Source: an uncultured bacterium (GTDB lineage Bacteria > UBP14 > UBA6098 > B30-G16). From it: DNA of 37,548 nucleotides. The stretch lies in NCBI GenBank assembly GCA_965552135.1, contig CBEVQY010000028.1, positions 1-37,548 on the forward strand, read 5' to 3'. The notes beneath the pieces were generated by a model that ran no database searches, had not been told where the DNA came from, and saw nothing but the letters and a program-made list of their open reading frames with translations. The position numbers were made by a program, and so were the translations under genes. Positions 35,066 to 37,548 of the stretch are shown piece by piece. Position 1 is the first letter of the stretch. Each line of letters starts with the position of its first letter.

Positions 35066-35094
35066 AAATTACGATGCGCAATGCCCTGTGTCAA
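35066..35094 (-). promoter_or_regulatory. sigma70-type promoter for ntpA
   Basis: Minus strand TTGACA, 17-nt spacer, TAATTT. Confidence 0.65.
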
Positions 35095-35174
35095 GTCGAC
35101 TTCGCTTTTTCGTTGCGAAGGTCCGCCCGAGGCAATTTCTTGAAAATGCCTGCAGCCGCAAGGGGGGAAAGACG

Positions 35175-36134
35175 GTGAAGGCTCCAGAGTACGACGAGCT
35201 CGACTTCGACCGCCTGAGGCGGATGTCGATAGAGGATCGCAAAAGCAAAGAAAGCGTTGCCAACTTTGCCGGCGAGGTTCCCCTGTCGCCTGCGTTTTCT
35301 GAGCTTCTCGACTCCCTGCCGGACGTCCTTGCTGCCAAGGCGCTTAAGGAGCTTGTGTCGCGTCTTCTTTGGGCGCGTCGAAACGGCAAAACTATCCTCT
35401 GGCTTTTGGGAGCCCACACAATAAAGGTTGGTCTTGCGCCGGTGATAGTAAGGCTTGCGCGCGAGGGTTTCGTCACTGCGGTTGCCGGCAACGGCGCCGT
35501 GGCGATCCACGACGTTGAGTTTGCGCTTTTCGGCAAAAGCTCCGAGGACGTTGCCGCCGCGCTCCCGCGGGGCGAGTTTGGCACAACGCGCGAAACGGCT
35601 GACTTCATAAACTCAGCCGTAGCCTCGGGGGCGAAGGCGGGATACGGTTATGCGGAGGCCATCGCCAGGGCGCTTGTGGAGGCAAAGCCGAAGTTTAGGG
35701 ACAAGTCGCTTTTGTGCGGGCTTTTTGAGCTTGGCGTGCCTGTGACGTTGCATCCCCTGCCCGGAGCGGAGGTCATCCACATCCACCCGGGCGTTGACGG
35801 TGCTTCGCTCGGCGAGTGCGCAATGCGCGATTTCCGCAGGTTCGCCGCAATAGTCGCAAAGCTTGCGCAGGGAGCTGTGTTGGGATGGGGCTCGGCGGTG
35901 GTGATGCCCGAGGTCTTCCTCAAGGCGCTTTCGGCGGCGAGAAACCTCGGGCACAGGGTCGAAGGGTTCGTGGCGGCGTACTTCGACATGATCCGACACT
36001 ACCGACCGCAGCAGAACATCCTCTCCAGACCAACAGGCGGCCGGGGGTTTTACTTCGTCGGTCACCACGAGATCATGATGCCGCTTCTTGCGGCGATGCT
36101 TCTTAGCGCCGGAAGAAGGGAGGTTTTGGGATGA
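35175..36134 (+). CDS. Conserved hypothetical protein, deoxyhypusine-synthase-like fold (GSU2086-like family)
   Basis: GTG start after aggggggaaa; LGAHTIKVGL, AGNGAVAIHDVEFAL.G.SSEDV, GSAVVMPEVFLKAL, HYRP..N, GHHEIM. The longer ORF from 34293 is an antisense shadow of ntpA. Confidence 0.75.
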   Translation: MKAPEYDELDFDRLRRMSIEDRKSKESVANFAGEVPLSPAFSELLDSLPDVLAAKALKELVSRLLWARRNGKTILWLLGAHTIKVGLAPVIVRLAREGFVTAVAGNGAVAIHDVEFALFGKSSEDVAAALPRGEFGTTRETADFINSAVASGAKAGYGYAEAIARALVEAKPKFRDKSLLCGLFELGVPVTLHPLPGAEVIHIHPGVDGASLGECAMRDFRRFAAIVAKLAQGAVLGWGSAVVMPEVFLKALSAARNLGHRVEGFVAAYFDMIRHYRPQQNILSRPTGGRGFYFVGHHEIMMPLLAAMLLSAGRREVLG

Positions 36135-37548
36135 ACTCGGCTTTTTTGTTCGTCGTTGGCGTTGCGGCGCTTTTGGCGGGGTATTTCGTCTACGGGCGTC
36201 TTCTCAGGCGAAAGCTTTTCCCGCTCTCCCAGCAAAAGCCAACGCCCGCCGAAAGCTCCCCCGATGGCGTGGACTACGTCCCCGCCAAGCCGCTTGTGCT
36301 TTTCGGACATCACTTTGCCTCGATAGCCGGCGCGGGTCCCATAGTTGGTCCGCTTGTGGCTGTGGGTTCGTGGGGCTGGCTGCCTGTGTTTCTGTGGCTC
36401 GTTTTGGGAGCCATCTTCGCCGGCGGCGTCCACGACTACTTAGCGCTTATGATCTCCGTAAGAAGCGGCGGAGTATCGGTCGCCGAGGTAGCCGAAAACG
36501 TCATCTCCAGGCGAGCGAGGTGGTTCTTCGCCGTCTTCGTGTGGCTGGCGCTTGTGCTCGTCGTGGCTGTGTTCGCTATCGTCACCGCAAAAACCCTCAT
36601 CTCACAGCCCGAAATTGTCATCCCAACGGCGGGGCTGATACCCCTTGCGATAGTCTTCGGCATCGTCAACTACAAAACGAAAACGCCCCTTTCGATTTCG
36701 ACGATCATATCCCTTGGGGTCCTCGTCGCGCTCCTTTGGATTGGGGTGAAGGTCCCCGTAGCGGTGCCGAAGGAGATCCTCGGTCTTTCGGGACACACGT
36801 TCCTTGTGCTTGTGCTTTTCGCCTATGCGCTTTTGGCGTCGGTGGTGCCTGTGTGGATACTGCTTCAGCCGCGCGACTACCTCTCGGTCTGGATACTCTT
36901 CTTCGGGCTCTTTTTGGGGACGGTCGGGATAATCTTCGTCCATCCTGCGGTTTCTGCGCCCGCGTTTTTGGGGTTTTCCGCAAAGGTCCAGGGTCCGCTT
37001 TGGCCGATGCTTTTCGTCGTCGTCGCCTGCGGAGCCATATCGGGATTCCACTCGCTTGTGGCAAGCGGAACGACGTCGAAGCAGCTTGCCTCGGAGCGGC
37101 ACGGGCAGATGATAGGCTACGGCGGAATGCTTATGGAAAGCGTCCTTGCGCTGGTGGCGCTCCTTGCCGTTGCCGCGGGGCTGCTTTGGGGCGTCAAAGA
37201 CCCGAACCTCGCAGCGTTCGACTTCAAACACCTCATCAGGGAAAAAGGCTGGATCGTAACCTTTGCCACGGGCTTCGGCAGGATAGTGGGTCGTCTGCCA
37301 CTCATAAGCGAGCGCGCGGGCAAGCTCTTTGCCATGCTTATGCTTAATGGCTTTGTGCTCACCACGCTCGATACGGCTACGCGGCTTGGGAGGTTCCTCT
37401 TCACCGAGATCGTCACCGGCGGTTCGCCGAAGCAGCGCGAGGGGGCGTGGTACTCGAACCGCTGGATCGCATCGGGCGTTGGGGTTGCGCTGGCTTTCGT
37501 CCTCGGAAGCACCAACAGCTGGCAGGCGATCTGGCCGGTGTTCGGCGC
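36131..37548 (+). CDS. cstA: Carbon starvation protein A family transporter (3'-truncated by the window)
   Basis: Absent from the ORF track because it has no stop in the window. ATG 36131 gives MNSAFLFVVG..DGVDYVPAKPLVLFGHHFASIAGAGPIVGP..GGVHDY..PVWILLQPRDY..ACGAISGFHSLVASGTTSKQ..GYGGMLMES..TTLDTATRLGRF; ATGA overlap with the upstream stop. Confidence 0.95.
   Translation, partial: MNSAFLFVVGVAALLAGYFVYGRLLRRKLFPLSQQKPTPAESSPDGVDYVPAKPLVLFGHHFASIAGAGPIVGPLVAVGSWGWLPVFLWLVLGAIFAGGVHDYLALMISVRSGGVSVAEVAENVISRRARWFFAVFVWLALVLVVAVFAIVTAKTLISQPEIVIPTAGLIPLAIVFGIVNYKTKTPLSISTIISLGVLVALLWIGVKVPVAVPKEILGLSGHTFLVLVLFAYALLASVVPVWILLQPRDYLSVWILFFGLFLGTVGIIFVHPAVSAPAFLGFSAKVQGPLWPMLFVVVACGAISGFHSLVASGTTSKQLASERHGQMIGYGGMLMESVLALVALLAVAAGLLWGVKDPNLAAFDFKHLIREKGWIVTFATGFGRIVGRLPLISERAGKLFAMLMLNGFVLTTLDTATRLGRFLFTEIVTGGSPKQREGAWYSNRWIASGVGVALAFVLGSTNSWQAIWPVFG

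Noticed and set aside
34293..35174. N-terminal extension of the 613-aa ORF
   Set aside because: It overlaps ntpA on the opposite strand; the recognisable protein begins at GTG 35175.
36088..37347. 419-aa Arg-rich ORF
   Set aside because: Off-frame shadow of cstA, which is the real gene but has no stop inside the window.

Overview
GC-rich bacterial chromosomal window with no recognisable phage, transposase, CRISPR, rRNA or tRNA. About half of it encodes three giant secreted acidic proteins (1736, 2418 and ~2178 aa), each with a signal peptide and a C-terminal PNPFN/PTPFN...SGVY sorting-type domain (T9SS type A CTD / FlgD-Ig). This suggests an FCB-superphylum diderm (inference). A 5'-truncated fibre/tailspike-like beta-helix protein and a secreted partner open the window. 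Housekeeping genes lie in between: surE-rfbD-GT4, manC-SPOR-macro, queA plus an outer-membrane barrel, a fused ECF-type ATPase, a stand-alone V/A-ATPase subunit A, a DHS-like protein and a 3'-truncated cstA. Most notable observations: (1) a complete sigma54 transcription unit (tandem 16-bp palindromic enhancers, -24/-12 promoter, terminator) driving a 108-aa basic Zn-finger protein of unknown function; (2) a stand-alone, promoter-driven C-terminal half of a large serine recombinase with no catalytic domain; (3) a Cys-rich Ig-repeat giant protein with an apparently exact 708-bp tandem duplication and tandem sigma54/sigma70 promoters; (4) an orphan V-ATPase A gene with its own promoter; (5) a probably leaderless queA. 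All calls were made by eye, with no database searches.
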